From NCBI GenBank assembly GCA_965226795.1, contig CBDDDZ010000003.1:384001-448000 (forward strand): 64,000 nt of DNA, read 5' to 3'. This document shows positions 29,295 to 40,845 of the stretch, piece after piece (the stretch's first letter is position 1; the number at the start of each line of letters is the position of its first letter). The DNA comes from Candidatus Latescibacterota bacterium. Lineage in GTDB: Bacteria; Latescibacterota; UBA2968; GCA-2709665. A program made the translations under genes and the position numbers. The notes under the pieces are model-generated. The model saw only the letters and a list, made by a program, of their open reading frames with translations, did not search any database and was not told where the DNA came from.

Positions 29295-29650
29295 AAAGGT
29301 TCAATCCGATTGGCGAATCTCTTCGACCTCTGCAGAAACAAACCTGTCCATTTGAACCGGCAATTCCTATGTCTCGTGGCGTTTCAAAGCGTTGCGCATG
29401 TCGCAAAATGCAACACCCCCTTACAATCGTACGGTCCGGCAGTGTTGTTGTCAACCTGAATCCCCTCGTACGCAAAAAACAAAGCCCGATGGGAAAACTT
29501 ACCCACCGGGCTCTACATGTCGCCAATTATACCTGACGTATCACAGTGTTCAGATAGGCCACACCAAAAAGGCGTCGAAATTACGAAGCGTAGCGAGTAG
29601 GCCCGTCTCGTACGACCTGTCTTGCCTTCGCCCTCGCCTGTCCCGTGTAC

Positions 29651-30156
29651 CTATTCAATCCACGTCAATCCCGCCCGCACTAATTCCCATCCCTCAGAGT
29701 TCCTTTCCAGGAAAGCCCTTCCCCCGGTGTATTCGATCCGGTATTCGGCGATGGCCTTTGAGAGATCTCGATTGAAAACGATGCTCGTCACGAAAGGATG
29801 GGTCTCGAAGTGCCAGCCTTCCCAGTGGCTCCTGAAAATCTTTAGCTCCTGGTTCAGAAAATCAAGCCGTCTGTTCGTGAGCGTGTCCTGATGTGTAGAC
29901 TGAAAACCGGTTTCGTCGGATAAGACCTTGCTTGATTCCAGAAACCTTTCGAGAATGCCTTTCAGAGTTGGAACGAGATAAACCGGCGTGCGTTGATGCG
30001 GTTGCACTCGAGGGCGGAAATCCAGAATACGCAGGTGTGCAATGGCCTGCTTCAATCGCTTTTCAAATTCACGCTGCGTTTCCCGGGATCTATCATCGGG
30101 TTCCGGGAGTGTTTCAACGATGTAAATTTCGATCTCACTTTGTATAAGTGAGTATT
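29651..30156 (-). pseudogene. 3' half of an IS-interrupted hypothetical secreted protein
   Basis: Joins in frame with 31970-32417 when the IS and one TSD are removed (...GKIQY-SLIQSEIEIY...RLKQAIAHL). Confidence 0.8.
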
Positions 30157-31969
30157 GAGCCCACTCCGAAAAGTCGTGTTTACTTAACCAGGGAAAAGTA
30201 CTAAATTCGAGGTGTCAACAGGTTGCAATGTTTCAGATTGATGTTTGATCACAAAGAAGCGAGGGACATATGTTTAGAAGGAGTGCCCCTTCAAGTCAGC
30301 CGGATCTGTTTAGCAGCTTCGAGTCGCATTTCAAAGGTCCGAAGCTGGATCGGCTAAATGATCCGGCCGCCTGGAATAATCTGTTCTACGAGCACATCAC
30401 GTCAAAGGTCGATGAGGATATTTTTCGTGTGGTGTTTGACCCTGACATAGGCCGTCCCAATGCGCCGATCCGGCATCTGGTGTCGATGATGATCTTGAAG
30501 GAGGGCTTTGGGTGGAGCGATGCCCAACTTTTTGAGCAATGTCGGTTCAACATCCTGGTGATGGGGGCATTGGGGTTGGTGAATCTTACGGATGAAGTGC
30601 CTGTCGAGTCCACGTATTATCTGTTCAAGCAGGCTTTGTATGCGTATCAACTGAAGACCGGTCGCGATCTGGTAGGAGAGACCTTTTTCAGCTTAACAAA
30701 GACGCAGGCCAAGGCCTTTGGTGTATTGGGTCAACAAATCCGAATGGACAGTAAGTTGATCGGCGCCAACATTGCCTTGTGTTGTCGGTTGCAGTTGGTG
30801 GTTTGTTGCTTACAAGGGTTCTGGAGGTCATTGGACAAGGATGAGAAGGGACGATTATCGGCAACGGATCAGCAGGTTTTGGAGGATCTGATCCAAGGGA
30901 AGCCCCATCAGGTTGTCTACCGTCTCACCCCTACTGAAAAAGGCGAGAAGCTACAGGAATTGGGGCGGTTATTGAGCAGGCTACAAGAGACCTATACCGA
31001 GAAAGACAGCGATCGATATGGTCTGATCGTGCGTGTTTTTGAGGACCAATATACGGTTTTGTCTTCCCCCGAAGAGGTGCTACCCAAGCCGCCGAAAGCG
31101 ATCTGTTCATCCTCGTTGCAGTCTGCCCATGATGACGATGCGGCCTTTCGCAGGAAAGGCGAGAATAAGGTGAAAGGGTATAATGTCAACCTCACCGAGA
31201 CCTGCGATGAGGATGGCCTCAATTTGATCACGGATGTTGACGTCAAACCGGCGACGAGTCCCGACAACGCGTTTGTCCAACCTGCCATTGAGCAGACACA
31301 ACGCGTGGTGGGTGACGTCTTGGAAGTGTCAATGGATGGGGCCTATAATGATCAATCCAACGCCGAGTACGCAAAAGAACAGGACAAGCAATTCTATTAC
31401 AGTGGCCTGCAAGGAACCCCAGGGCGTTTCAGTTATGAACGCACAGCAGACGGTGTCAAGGTCATTGATCAACAAACCGGAGAGGTTCAGCTTGCCCAAG
31501 AATACAAACCGGGAAAATACAAAATCATCATCGATGGCAAACCACGATACTTTAAAGAACAACACATCGACAGTTACCTCAATCGCAAACAGATCGAAGC
31601 ACTCCCTGCCCATATTAGAAACAGACGCAACAATGTCGAGGCCAGCATCTTCCAGTTGAGCTATTACACCCAAAATGGCAAGACGCGCTATCGCGGACTG
31701 ATGCCACACCAACGGTGGGCCTGGTGTCGTGGCCTATGGATCAACCTGGTTCGGATCAAGAACTACCTCGCTACACCCCTGATGATCCCCGCATAATCGG
31801 GGATTTCTTGTGCAAAACCCTGATTGACAACACCCAGACCAACCTGGTGGCCTCCCTCTACGTTGATGCGCCGCAGGTCGCTGTAAAATCCCGGCACCAC
31901 GATACATCCCTATACGCATCGCTGTCCACCAACACGAATCCTTCGCGGCCCCCTTTTCGGAGGCGACTC
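30157..31969 (+). mobile_element. Insertion sequence (IS1182/IS5-like), 1813 bp
   Basis: Imperfect 17-bp TIRs GAGCCCACTCCGAAAAG / CTTTTCGGAGGCGACTC; 6-bp TSD AGTATT at 30151-30156 and 31970-31975. Confidence 0.9.
30270..31796 (+). CDS. DDE transposase
   Basis: GRPNAP..L..MMILKE..GWSD, MDSK, MDGAY, RNNVEAS, KTRYRGL; lies within the TIRs. Confidence 0.9.
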   Translation: MFRRSAPSSQPDLFSSFESHFKGPKLDRLNDPAAWNNLFYEHITSKVDEDIFRVVFDPDIGRPNAPIRHLVSMMILKEGFGWSDAQLFEQCRFNILVMGALGLVNLTDEVPVESTYYLFKQALYAYQLKTGRDLVGETFFSLTKTQAKAFGVLGQQIRMDSKLIGANIALCCRLQLVVCCLQGFWRSLDKDEKGRLSATDQQVLEDLIQGKPHQVVYRLTPTEKGEKLQELGRLLSRLQETYTEKDSDRYGLIVRVFEDQYTVLSSPEEVLPKPPKAICSSSLQSAHDDDAAFRRKGENKVKGYNVNLTETCDEDGLNLITDVDVKPATSPDNAFVQPAIEQTQRVVGDVLEVSMDGAYNDQSNAEYAKEQDKQFYYSGLQGTPGRFSYERTADGVKVIDQQTGEVQLAQEYKPGKYKIIIDGKPRYFKEQHIDSYLNRKQIEALPAHIRNRRNNVEASIFQLSYYTQNGKTRYRGLMPHQRWAWCRGLWINLVRIKNYLATPLMIPA

Positions 31970-32417
31970 AGTATTGAATCTTGCCATAAATTTTCTCAGC
32001 CCAGCTTTCGTCCTTCAAAATACCTACATAATTCAGGAATTTTTCGTACAACGGCGGTTCCGGGCGCTTGCCCGGGAACCACCTGGTGAACCATCGCAGG
32101 TTCCACGGCGTATGAAGTAAGCGGAAGATGTCATTTGCGTGACGATCGAACGGCAATTTTCGGTCCAACTCTTCCTGGCTGACCGGTTCCGTCCAGTGGG
32201 TCCAGACGTTCAGATAGCTTGAGAGCTTTTCTCTGGACCCGTCTACGTAAGCGTTTTTCAAATGCTTTATATGAAGCAGGCTACGCCTGTTAATCTCAAA
32301 CTTCGTAAGTGACGAATCGGAGCAAGACGCCTCTGCTCGCGACTGTAAACCCGCTGAGAGTACGCCTATGATTACGAACACGAAAAATGCTCTGACTGTC
32401 TTCTGAACCAGATACAT
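31970..32417 (-). pseudogene. 5' half of the IS-interrupted hypothetical secreted protein
   Basis: Signal peptide (FFVFVIIGVLSAG..AEA); the ORF stops at the IS boundary. Confidence 0.75.
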
Positions 32418-33079
32418 GGTAGTCACATTCCGGATGGGTCGTAGCGGGGCACGAGACATCTGCACCGATATGATGAATTCTGCAGAGTGTTATTTTCACC
32501 GCGGGCTACCAGAAAACGACCCCCCCGACTACTCCGTCGCCGGAGAGAGCCCCTTGGGCGCTTGTCATCGGGGGGGAACCTTTTAGCCTTTACCGTAGCC
32601 TTTTGGATTCAATGTAACGCTTTATTTTTCGCGATGCAATCTGCATTGCGTTTTCAGTACGAAGGGATTCCGTACGGTTAACCAAAGAAATGCAGACATC
32701 CGGAAGGCCTTCTGTATGGCCGTAAACCGTCGAATGAATGTTGGTATCGGGTAAACAAAAGACCAAACCCGACTGCTCCGCCTGCGCTGAGAACCCCCAA
32801 CCACCTGTTGTCGGGGAATCTTTTTGTCCCGGATGGAAGTTTACGGTATATTTAACACTTTCTGTTTCGACGTGCCATCCGTGGATGCCGCCGCTTCAAA
32901 AGATAGCGGTTGTGCTGCCTGTCGGGCGGGGGCGATTGACACACGCTCCGACATCATTTGACCTGCCTGCAGCAGGCAGGCGCCGCAGGAGATACTTCGT
33001 CAGCCTGGTGGCTTCCTCAGCATGACAGACCGGGCGAAGGTGTCACGGACGCATTTCGCGGATGATGTAAAGCCGACCT

Positions 33080-33238
33080 GTCATTCTGAGCGAAGTCGAG
33101 ACGCGGCTACCCTTCGACAAGCTCAGGGAACGGCTCACTGTACAGGTGCATTTCCGGGATGATTCCTCAACGGGAGCTTTTTTTCTGTCTCCTTTCCGGC
33201 AGAGGGATAGTGAGACGGGCAGACAGGAATGTCTGCCC
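33080..33238. repeat. Two REP-like palindromic elements
   Basis: CTGAGCGAAGTCGA...TCGACAAGCTCAG (33086-33126) and GGGCAGACA-GGAA-TGTCTGCCC (33217-33238). Confidence 0.55.
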
Positions 33239-33397
33239 CACCTTCACACCGCCTTCCTCAGAGTGTGCGCGCACATGTGACGGATGCGTTTCCCTGATGA
33301 TTCAGCGGCGCATATTTTAGTCTTACCGTTTCAGTTGCGGCTGAGCACAGTGAAGCCGCCCCAGGGAACTTCGGAGAATTGGAGGGATGTCTTGACT

Positions 33398-34657
33398 ATG
33401 TCCGACCTGATAGCGCCCCATGGGGGGCTTTCTTCGCCGGTTTGCCGCATGGTTCCGGCAAACGAGAGGGACTCTTTTCTTGAGAACGCATCGAAGCTGA
33501 CCCCGGTTTCGGTCAGCGACGCCGATCTGTCCACGGTATACCGTTTTGGCGACGGCGGGCTGAGTCCGATCACCGGCCCGATGGACTCGGAGACCTACCA
33601 CAGGGTGCTTGACGAAAGTGTCATCGCTTACAACGGGAAGTTGTATGCCTGGACCATCCCGCTGGCGCTTCCGGTATCGAGCGACCTGGCCGGGCGACTC
33701 GAGGTCGGGCAGACGGTTGCCCTTGCGCGGCAGGACGGGCAAATTGTGGGCAGCCTGGACATCAGCGACGTCTTTCCCTGGGACAAGCAGGCGTATCTCA
33801 AAGGCGTCTACCTCACCGAGCGGACCGACCATCCGGGCGCGGATATGGTTTTGAACGGAGATGCGAACAAGACCCACCTCCTTGGAGGATCCATCAGGGT
33901 ATTGCCGCAACCGAAGCACCCTGCCTTCGGTCGCTATATGCACACACCCGTAGAGGTCCGCCGGCGCCTTTCCCATACGGGCTGGCAGAGGGTGGTTGCG
34001 TTTCAGACCCGAAACCCGCTGCACCGCGCCCACGAATATGCCCTGGTTTACGGACTGGAAACGCTGATTCGGCAGGGGATCAACGCTGGGGCCTGCCTGA
34101 ACCCCCTGGTCGGAGAAACCAAGTCCGACGACGTGAACGCGGAGATCCGGATGCGGACCTACGAAGCGCTGATCGAGGCTCGCGGCCTGGGAGAGGGGGA
34201 TAGCGATACCGGATTGTGGGAACCCAGGGGCGAGGCCGTGTCGGAACGGGTGATACTCATCGGGCTGGATATCAAAATGTTTTACGCCGGCCCCAAAGAG
34301 GCGGTCATGCACGCGATATACCGCCAGAACTTCGGCTTTACCGATATCATCATCGGCCGCAAACATGCCGACGCGCCCTATCACGACGGCAGTCCGATCT
34401 GGGGTGACTTCGACGCGCAGGAAGTGTTCCATCAACTGAGAGGAGACCTCGAGATCCGGCCCCTGAACGTGGGATTCGCGGCGTTCTACGAGTCGCTGGG
34501 ACGGGTGGATTTAATGGAGAACCATCCCAATGAACAACCGGTGTTCATCTCGGGAAAACAGGTGCGGGAGATGTTGCTGAGAGGGGAGGCGGCGGATCCG
34601 CGGATTATGAGGCCCGGCACCTCCCGGATTCTGAGCGAGGCCATGGCGAAAAGTTGA
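33398..34657 (+). CDS. sat: Sulfate adenylyltransferase
   Basis: [45 protein letters not shown]. Confidence 0.95.
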   Translation: MSDLIAPHGGLSSPVCRMVPANERDSFLENASKLTPVSVSDADLSTVYRFGDGGLSPITGPMDSETYHRVLDESVIAYNGKLYAWTIPLALPVSSDLAGRLEVGQTVALARQDGQIVGSLDISDVFPWDKQAYLKGVYLTERTDHPGADMVLNGDANKTHLLGGSIRVLPQPKHPAFGRYMHTPVEVRRRLSHTGWQRVVAFQTRNPLHRAHEYALVYGLETLIRQGINAGACLNPLVGETKSDDVNAEIRMRTYEALIEARGLGEGDSDTGLWEPRGEAVSERVILIGLDIKMFYAGPKEAVMHAIYRQNFGFTDIIIGRKHADAPYHDGSPIWGDFDAQEVFHQLRGDLEIRPLNVGFAAFYESLGRVDLMENHPNEQPVFISGKQVREMLLRGEAADPRIMRPGTSRILSEAMAKS

Positions 34658-34746
34658 GATCCGCGGATTGCGCATGGAACGGTGTGCGGGATGTGTCCGT
34701 AACCTGTCGCGCATCTCGTGCCGGCGCCGATTTCAAGGGAATGGCC

Positions 34747-34775
34747 TTGACATTGATAGGCTTATAGGATAAATT
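34747..34775 (+). promoter_or_regulatory. Sigma70-like promoter of clpP
   Basis: TTGACA, 17 bp, TAAATT. Confidence 0.55.
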
Positions 34776-34843
34776 GAGCGGGCTTTGGAAGCTGGCAAAC
34801 CAGTCCAAATTTCACGCGTAAAAAGCGGCAAGAAGGGGAATCA

Positions 34844-35470
34844 ATGCACGAGTTCCTGTTGAACGAGGATCCGGAGGAAGAAGAAGAGGAGGAGGAGGAA
34901 GCGCGGCCGGGCGGTCATGGCGGCGAGTTCATCGTCAGAAGCCTGATCAAGGCGCGCACCATTCTGATCTCCGATCCGATCGACCATAAATTGACAACGC
35001 GGGTGATTGCCCAGTTGTTGCTGATGGACAGCGCCGATCAGAATAAACCCATCACGATTTTGATCAACTCACCTGGCGGCAGCGCGGACGACGGATTCGC
35101 TATTTACGACATGATTCGCTTCATTCGTCCGCCGGTGAAAATTGTCAGTGTAGGATTGTCAGCCAGTGCGGCCACGGTGATTATGCTGGCCGCGGAAAAA
35201 GGGAGCCGGTTTGCGCTGCCGAATGCACGAATAATGATCCATCAGCCTTCGATGCGGTATATGGGTGTTGCGGAAGACGTAAAACGCACGGCGGAACAGA
35301 TTCTCAAACTTCGAGCGCGGATCAACGAACTGTATGCCCGGGAAACCGGGCAACCACTGGACAAAGTGGTTGAAGATACGGATCGGGACTACTGGTTGTC
35401 CGCGCAGGAAGCGGTGGAATACGGTCTGATCAGCAAGGTGGTTGCGCATTTCGACGAACTTGAAGCGTAG
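34844..35470 (+). CDS. clpP: ATP-dependent Clp protease proteolytic subunit
   Basis: INSPGG, SASAA, IMIHQP, DTDRD..LSAQEAVEYGLI. Confidence 0.95.
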   Translation: MHEFLLNEDPEEEEEEEEEARPGGHGGEFIVRSLIKARTILISDPIDHKLTTRVIAQLLLMDSADQNKPITILINSPGGSADDGFAIYDMIRFIRPPVKIVSVGLSASAATVIMLAAEKGSRFALPNARIMIHQPSMRYMGVAEDVKRTAEQILKLRARINELYARETGQPLDKVVEDTDRDYWLSAQEAVEYGLISKVVAHFDELEA

Positions 35471-35586
35471 TGGCGCGATGGTTTTCGCGATTCGGCAGGG
35501 GCACAGATCTTCGTGCCCCTGCTTAGTTTAATTGGGCAGCGGCACCGTACCATGTGCCGCTGCCCAATTTGAATTGAAAGCCCCCA

Positions 35587-36618
35587 ATGTCCCGAGCCGA
35601 CCGTTTCTTGAAAGCCTGTCGCCGGCAGCCAGTTGACGTGACGCCGGTCTGGCTGATGCGCCAGGCGGGCCGGTACATGCCCGAATATCGGAAGCTGAAG
35701 GAAAATTACGCCTTTCTGGAGATGGTGAAGACGCCGGATATCGCCACCGAGATCACGTTGCAGCCCGTCGATGCCTTCAATGTGGACGCGGCCATTGTTT
35801 TCCAGGATATTCTGCCGATCCTGGAGCCGATGGGCCTGCAACTGGAGTACGTCGGGGGCGAGGGGCCCGTGATTCACAACCCGGTCCGGACGCGCGCGGA
35901 CGTGGACGCCCTGACCATACGTCCCGCCGCGGAAGCCATGGACTTCGCCGCGGCGGCCATCCGCCAGGTCCGGCGAGCGCTGGACGGCAGGGTTCCGCTC
36001 ATCGGGTTTTCCGGGGCTCCGTTTACGCTGGTCTGCTATGCGGTGGAAGGCGGCGCTTCACGCGACTACCGGCTTGCGAAGGGCCTTATGTACGAACAGC
36101 CGGAGACCTGGCGGCGCCTGATGGAAAAAATGTCCACGGCCGTAGGGGACTATCTTCAGGCCCAGGCGGCGGCCGGGGCCCAGGCGCTGCAGTTGTTCGA
36201 CAGTTGGGCGGGAGTGTTGAGCCCTGCGGATTACAAGGAATACGTGTTGCCGCACACCCGGCGGGCGATTGAGACGGTCAGGGCGAAGCACGACGTGCCG
36301 GTGATCCATTTCGGTACGGGCACATCCGGTATTCTGCCGCTCCTGAAACGGGCGGGCGGGGACGTGATCGGGGTGGACTGGCGGATCGAACTCGACCAGG
36401 CATGGAATCGGTTGGGGTCGGACGTGGCGGTGCAGGGTAATCTTGATCCGGCGGTACTGTTTGCGCCCGTGCCGGTAATCGAGAGGCAGGCAGGCCGGAT
36501 CCTGGATCGTGTCCGGGGGCGGCCCGGGCATATATTCAACCTCGGCCACGGCATCCTGCAGCACACGCCGGTAGCGCACGTGGCCGCCCTGGTCGATTTC
36601 GTACACGCCTGCGGATAA
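35587..36618 (+). CDS. hemE: Uroporphyrinogen decarboxylase
   Basis: [33 protein letters not shown]. Confidence 0.97.
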   Translation: MSRADRFLKACRRQPVDVTPVWLMRQAGRYMPEYRKLKENYAFLEMVKTPDIATEITLQPVDAFNVDAAIVFQDILPILEPMGLQLEYVGGEGPVIHNPVRTRADVDALTIRPAAEAMDFAAAAIRQVRRALDGRVPLIGFSGAPFTLVCYAVEGGASRDYRLAKGLMYEQPETWRRLMEKMSTAVGDYLQAQAAAGAQALQLFDSWAGVLSPADYKEYVLPHTRRAIETVRAKHDVPVIHFGTGTSGILPLLKRAGGDVIGVDWRIELDQAWNRLGSDVAVQGNLDPAVLFAPVPVIERQAGRILDRVRGRPGHIFNLGHGILQHTPVAHVAALVDFVHACG

Positions 36619-36624
36619 GTGACA

Positions 36625-37542
36625 ATGAAGAAAAAAGCCGTGTTGATGCTCGCCTACGGCAGTCCGGATTCGCTGGACGACATGGAAGCGTACCTGAACG
36701 ATATCCGGGGCGGGCGGCCGATGTCCCGGGAATTCGTGGCGGAATTCAAGAGCCGGTACGCGCAGATCGGCGGCAGGTCTCCGCTCAACGAAAACACCTT
36801 TAAACAGGCGCAATGTGCGGAGCGGGCCTTGAAGGCTCGCGGACATGATGTGCGCGTCTACGTGGGAATGCGGCACTGGTCTCCCTGGATTAATGACACG
36901 GTACGTCGGATGTCCGAGGATGGCGTGGAAGAGGCAGTTGCCATTGTCATGGCCCCGCACTACTCCCGTCTGAGTATCGGTAAGTACCGGGAGGCCGTGA
37001 ATCGCGCACAGGAATCGGCAGGAAGCAGGATTCTGTTTTCCTTCGTGGATTCCTGGTGGCGGCAACCCGCGTTGCTGGATGCACAGGAGGCTCACGTGCG
37101 GGCCGGGCTGGAATCGTTCTGCCGGGAAGATCGAAATGCCGTGAAAATCGTATTTACGGCCCATAGCCTGCCGGACCGGCTGTTGAAGATGGGCGATCCC
37201 TACGACGACGAACTGAAGGGCAACGCGAGCGCCGTGGCGGAACGCCTTGGCGAAGTGGACTGGATGTTTTCCTATCAGAGCGCCGCTCACACGGGAGAGC
37301 CATGGCTGGGTCCTCAAATCGAAGACGTGATCCCGGATCTGGCCGGTGAAGGATGCCGGCACGTGCTTGTGGCGCCCATCGGGTTTGTATGCGACCACGT
37401 GGAGATTCTGTACGATATCGATATCGGGGTTCAGAAAATCGCGAGGTCGCGGGGGGTGAACGTGAAGCGCATCGCGTCCATGAACAGCGAACCCGCGTTC
37501 ATCGAAGCGGTGGTCGATGCGGTGGAAGAGGAGCTGAATTAG
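36625..37542 (+). CDS. hemH: Ferrochelatase (Bacillus HemH/CpfC-like)
   Basis: LAYGSP, IGGRSPL, FTAHSLP, WLGP, GFVCDHVEILYDID. Confidence 0.95.
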   Translation: MKKKAVLMLAYGSPDSLDDMEAYLNDIRGGRPMSREFVAEFKSRYAQIGGRSPLNENTFKQAQCAERALKARGHDVRVYVGMRHWSPWINDTVRRMSEDGVEEAVAIVMAPHYSRLSIGKYREAVNRAQESAGSRILFSFVDSWWRQPALLDAQEAHVRAGLESFCREDRNAVKIVFTAHSLPDRLLKMGDPYDDELKGNASAVAERLGEVDWMFSYQSAAHTGEPWLGPQIEDVIPDLAGEGCRHVLVAPIGFVCDHVEILYDIDIGVQKIARSRGVNVKRIASMNSEPAFIEAVVDAVEEELN

Positions 37543-37580
37543 ACACCCACCGACTCCCGGTGCCGCTTTGAGGTGTTGAT

Positions 37581-38975
37581 ATGCATGTGACCATAGCTGG
37601 CGGGGGAATTGCCGGGTTGGCAACGGCCTACTATCTGCAGGAGAAGGCCGAAGCGAACGGGGTGGAGGTGGATTATTCGCTGGTGGAGGCCACGGAGCGA
37701 TGGGGCGGGGAAATCGTGACGGAGCGAATCAACGGGTTCACCATCGAAGGTGGACCCGATTTGCTTTTGACGCGTAAACCCTGGGGCATCGGGCTCTGCC
37801 TGGATCTGGGGCTGGAGGATCGTCTGATTGCGCCCAACGAGGAACGGCGGAAGACCTTCCTGGTACAGGGGCGAAAATTGGTTCCGTTTCCCGAAGACTT
37901 CACGCTGGTACCGGCAGGGTTCATGTCCGTTGCCCGCTCCCCGCTCTTCTCCATCCGAGGCAAGCTGCGGATGGGGTTGGAGAGGCTTGTCCCACCCAGG
38001 AGAAGGACGGACGACGAAAGTCTGGCGTCGTTTGTCCGGCGGCGGCTGGGGCAGGAGGCCCTGGATAAGATCGGGGGGCCGATGCTGGCGGGCATCCACG
38101 GGGCGGACCCGGAGCGGCTGAGCCTGCTGGCCACGTTTCCGCAGTTTGCCGATATGGAGCGCAAATACGGCAGCCTGATCAGAGCGGTGCGGGCCGGCCG
38201 GAAACACCGTACGGCTTCAGGTGCTGGCGGACAGGCGCCGCCCATGTTCCAGACCCTGGTCGGCGGGCTCGGAGAACTGGTCGAGACGCTCGTGAAGCGA
38301 TTGCGGGGCGACCTGCGCGTGAACTGCCCGGTAACGGGCCTGACGAGGCTCGAGCGTGGATTCGAGGTTTCGCTGGGTGGGGACGTGCTGAAAACCGATG
38401 TCGTGGTCTTGGCCGCGCCCGCATCTGCAGTGGCCGATCTGCTGGTCGCTATCGCGCCCCGGCTGTCGGCCGAACTCCGGCGGATCCGTTACGTGTCCTC
38501 CGGGACGGTGGCGCTGGCTTACCGAAAGGCGGATGTTCTACCTCAGCATGACCTTGACGGGTTCGGATTCCTGGTTCCCAGATCGGAGGGTCGCCGAATA
38601 ACGGGATGCACATGGGTGTCATCCAAGCTGGGCCACCGGGCGCCCGATGACGGGATGTTAATCAGGGGATTCGTCGGTGGTGACGCGCGGGAAGAGGTCG
38701 TTGAGATGCCCGACGAGATGCTTGTGCAGGCTGTGAGGGAAGATCTTGCACACGTGATGGGGCTGACCGCGGCGCCGTTGTTCTCCCGGATTCACCGCTG
38801 GCGGAAGGGCAGGCCGCAGTTCGACGTGGGACACCTGAACCGGGTTGCGAAGATGGAATCGCTTGCCGATGAACATCCGGGCCTGTACCTGACCGGCAGC
38901 GCCTATCGCGGGTCTTCTGTGCCCGACTGCATCAGACAGGCACTGGAAACCGCAGACCGGATTCTGGGTCTGTAA
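37581..38975 (+). CDS. hemY: Proto/coproporphyrinogen oxidase
   Basis: GGGIAGL FAD motif, [13 protein letters not shown], position after hemE-hemH. Confidence 0.93.
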   Translation: MHVTIAGGGIAGLATAYYLQEKAEANGVEVDYSLVEATERWGGEIVTERINGFTIEGGPDLLLTRKPWGIGLCLDLGLEDRLIAPNEERRKTFLVQGRKLVPFPEDFTLVPAGFMSVARSPLFSIRGKLRMGLERLVPPRRRTDDESLASFVRRRLGQEALDKIGGPMLAGIHGADPERLSLLATFPQFADMERKYGSLIRAVRAGRKHRTASGAGGQAPPMFQTLVGGLGELVETLVKRLRGDLRVNCPVTGLTRLERGFEVSLGGDVLKTDVVVLAAPASAVADLLVAIAPRLSAELRRIRYVSSGTVALAYRKADVLPQHDLDGFGFLVPRSEGRRITGCTWVSSKLGHRAPDDGMLIRGFVGGDAREEVVEMPDEMLVQAVREDLAHVMGLTAAPLFSRIHRWRKGRPQFDVGHLNRVAKMESLADEHPGLYLTGSAYRGSSVPDCIRQALETADRILGL

Positions 38976-39007
38976 CGCCCGGCGGTACGCGGTCGACTCT
39001 GCGAGCG

Positions 39008-39048
39008 ATGGAAAAGGAGGGCGAGAGAATCTCGCCCTCCTTTTCCAT
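39008..39048. terminator. Hairpin between convergent hemY and serS
   Basis: 19-bp perfect stem ATGGAAAAGGAGGGCGAGA-GAA-TCTCGCCCTCCTTTTCCAT. Confidence 0.8.
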
Positions 39049-39128
39049 TCGGCAATTCAACGGTTGATAATGGGATCGCGCGCCAATCCCGCCCAGGTTC
39101 AATGGAAATACCCGGGCGGATTGGCGCT

Positions 39129-40415
39129 TCAGACTACGGGTTCCAGGATTTCCTGGCCGCCCATATACGGGCGAAGTACTTCCGGAATAACCGCGGAGCC
39201 GTCAGGCCGCTGGCTCTGCTCGACAATGGCGGGAATCAGACGGCTGGTCGCCAGGCCCGAGGCGTTGAGCGTATGCACGAATTCATTCCGGCCGGTTTCG
39301 GCGCGCTTGAACCGGATGCGGCCGCGCCGTGCCTGGTAGTCTTGCGCATTGGATGCCGAACTGACTTCCTTGTATTCCCCCATGCTCGGAATCCAGATCT
39401 CGATGTCGTACGTCTTTGCCATGGCGGCGCTGGCATCCTGGGCAGCCAGCCTGGAAACGCGGTGATGCAACTCCAGACCCTGAACCAGTCCTTCGGCTTT
39501 TGCGATCAGTTCTTCCAGGGCCCGGTCGGAGTCTTCGGGACGCGTGAACTGGAAGAGTTCGACCTTGTTGAACTGGTGCCCTCTAATCATCCCGCGTTCC
39601 TGGGCGCGGTAACTGCCGGCCTCTTTGCGGTAGCAGGGCGTATAGGAAAAGTATTTCCGGGGCAGGTCCGATTCGGAAAGGATTTCGTCCCGATGGAAGT
39701 TGATCAATGCGGTCTCCGACGTAGGCAACAGGAACCGCGACTCCTTTTCGCTTTCCGACTTCAAATGAAACACATCGTCAGCGAATTTGGGAAACTGCCC
39801 CGCCGTGTAACCGCATTCGTAGGTGAGCAGATGGGGCGGTAGCACAAATTCGTAACCGTCCCCAAGGTGCGTTTCGACAAAGTAGTTCAGGAGCGCCCAC
39901 TCCAGGCGGGCGCCCGCGCCCCGGTAGAGCCAGAAGCCGGCGCCGCCCATTTTGACGCCGCGCTCGTAGTCGACCAGCCCCAACGAGGTGACAAGGTCGA
40001 CGTGATCTCTGGCCCCTTCGCGCAACTCGGGCTTCTCGCCCCAGGTCCGAACGACCTCGTTGTTTTCCTTCCCTCCCGCGGGCACGTCGTCCGCCGGAAT
40101 ATTGGGGAGTTCCTCGAGAAAGCTCTGGATACGGCGTTCAAATTCCGACCGTTCCGCCTCAAGGGTTCGGATGTCCCCGGAAACCGTCTTCATTTCATTC
40201 TGGATATCGGCCGTGTCCCGGCCCGCCTTCCTCATCTGTGGAATTTGCGCGGAGACCCTGTTTCTTCTTTCCCGCAGGCCCCCTATTCTTGCGATGAGGG
40301 CCCTCCGGTTCTCATCCCACAGGAGCAAATCCGCAAAATCAACCGCATCCATACGTTTCAACAGCGCCTGCCTGATGCCCCGGGGATCCTTCCGAATACG
40401 GTTCAGATCCAGCAT
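39129..40415 (-). CDS. serS: Serine-tRNA ligase
   Basis: LLPTSE, YRKEAGS, RGHQFNKVE, EVSSASN, HTLNASGLA. Confidence 0.97.
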   Translation of the reverse strand: MLDLNRIRKDPRGIRQALLKRMDAVDFADLLLWDENRRALIARIGGLRERRNRVSAQIPQMRKAGRDTADIQNEMKTVSGDIRTLEAERSEFERRIQSFLEELPNIPADDVPAGGKENNEVVRTWGEKPELREGARDHVDLVTSLGLVDYERGVKMGGAGFWLYRGAGARLEWALLNYFVETHLGDGYEFVLPPHLLTYECGYTAGQFPKFADDVFHLKSESEKESRFLLPTSETALINFHRDEILSESDLPRKYFSYTPCYRKEAGSYRAQERGMIRGHQFNKVELFQFTRPEDSDRALEELIAKAEGLVQGLELHHRVSRLAAQDASAAMAKTYDIEIWIPSMGEYKEVSSASNAQDYQARRGRIRFKRAETGRNEFVHTLNASGLATSRLIPAIVEQSQRPDGSAVIPEVLRPYMGGQEILEPVV

Positions 40416-40766
40416 ATAGATACCGCCTCCCGCCTCCAATACATCAACCGGGTGAGTCCGGTGAGATCCTTCCGGCTGAACGGATGGTCAGGGTTCATAT
40501 AGTGTCCAGTCCCAGAAATATGTTACCATCCATCCGCCTGTCTGCGTGCAGGTCTTCCGCACAGGCAGGCCGAATTTCGGCAATCTATTTCCGGGACAGA
40601 ACACTAGCCCGCTTCGGTGTACGGGCGGATTTCACCAGATTTTTCACACTGTGTGGCGTAATTGAACACATTTTTTCGTGTCTGACGAATTCCTGCTTTC
40701 AGCCTGTGCCCCGAAAACGCCCCTAAACACTTAAAAAATAAAAACCGGAGCACTCATTCAGATTTA

Positions 40767-40782
40767 TGGCACGATATTCGCT
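40767..40782 (+). promoter_or_regulatory. Sigma54 (-24/-12) promoter candidate
   Basis: TGGCAC-GATAT-TCGCT, against the consensus TGGCAC-N5-TTGCW. Confidence 0.6.
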
Positions 40783-40845
40783 CTAGTATTGGGGGTTCAT
40801 ACTTACCGATGTCTTTCTGTCACCCCTTTACCTACGAGGCCCGAA

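Noticed and set aside
32640..32830. c-di-AMP or c-di-GMP riboswitch
   Set aside because: Only scattered similarity; the conserved core motifs were not found.
34862..34900. Poly-Glu run at the ClpP N-terminus as a contingency repeat
   Set aside because: It uses mixed GAA/GAG codons and is most simply an acidic propeptide.
25096..37623. Long antisense ORFs (e.g. 25096-26604, 33323-34435, 36058-37623)
   Set aside because: They are shadows of well-supported genes in GC-rich DNA and carry no motifs.
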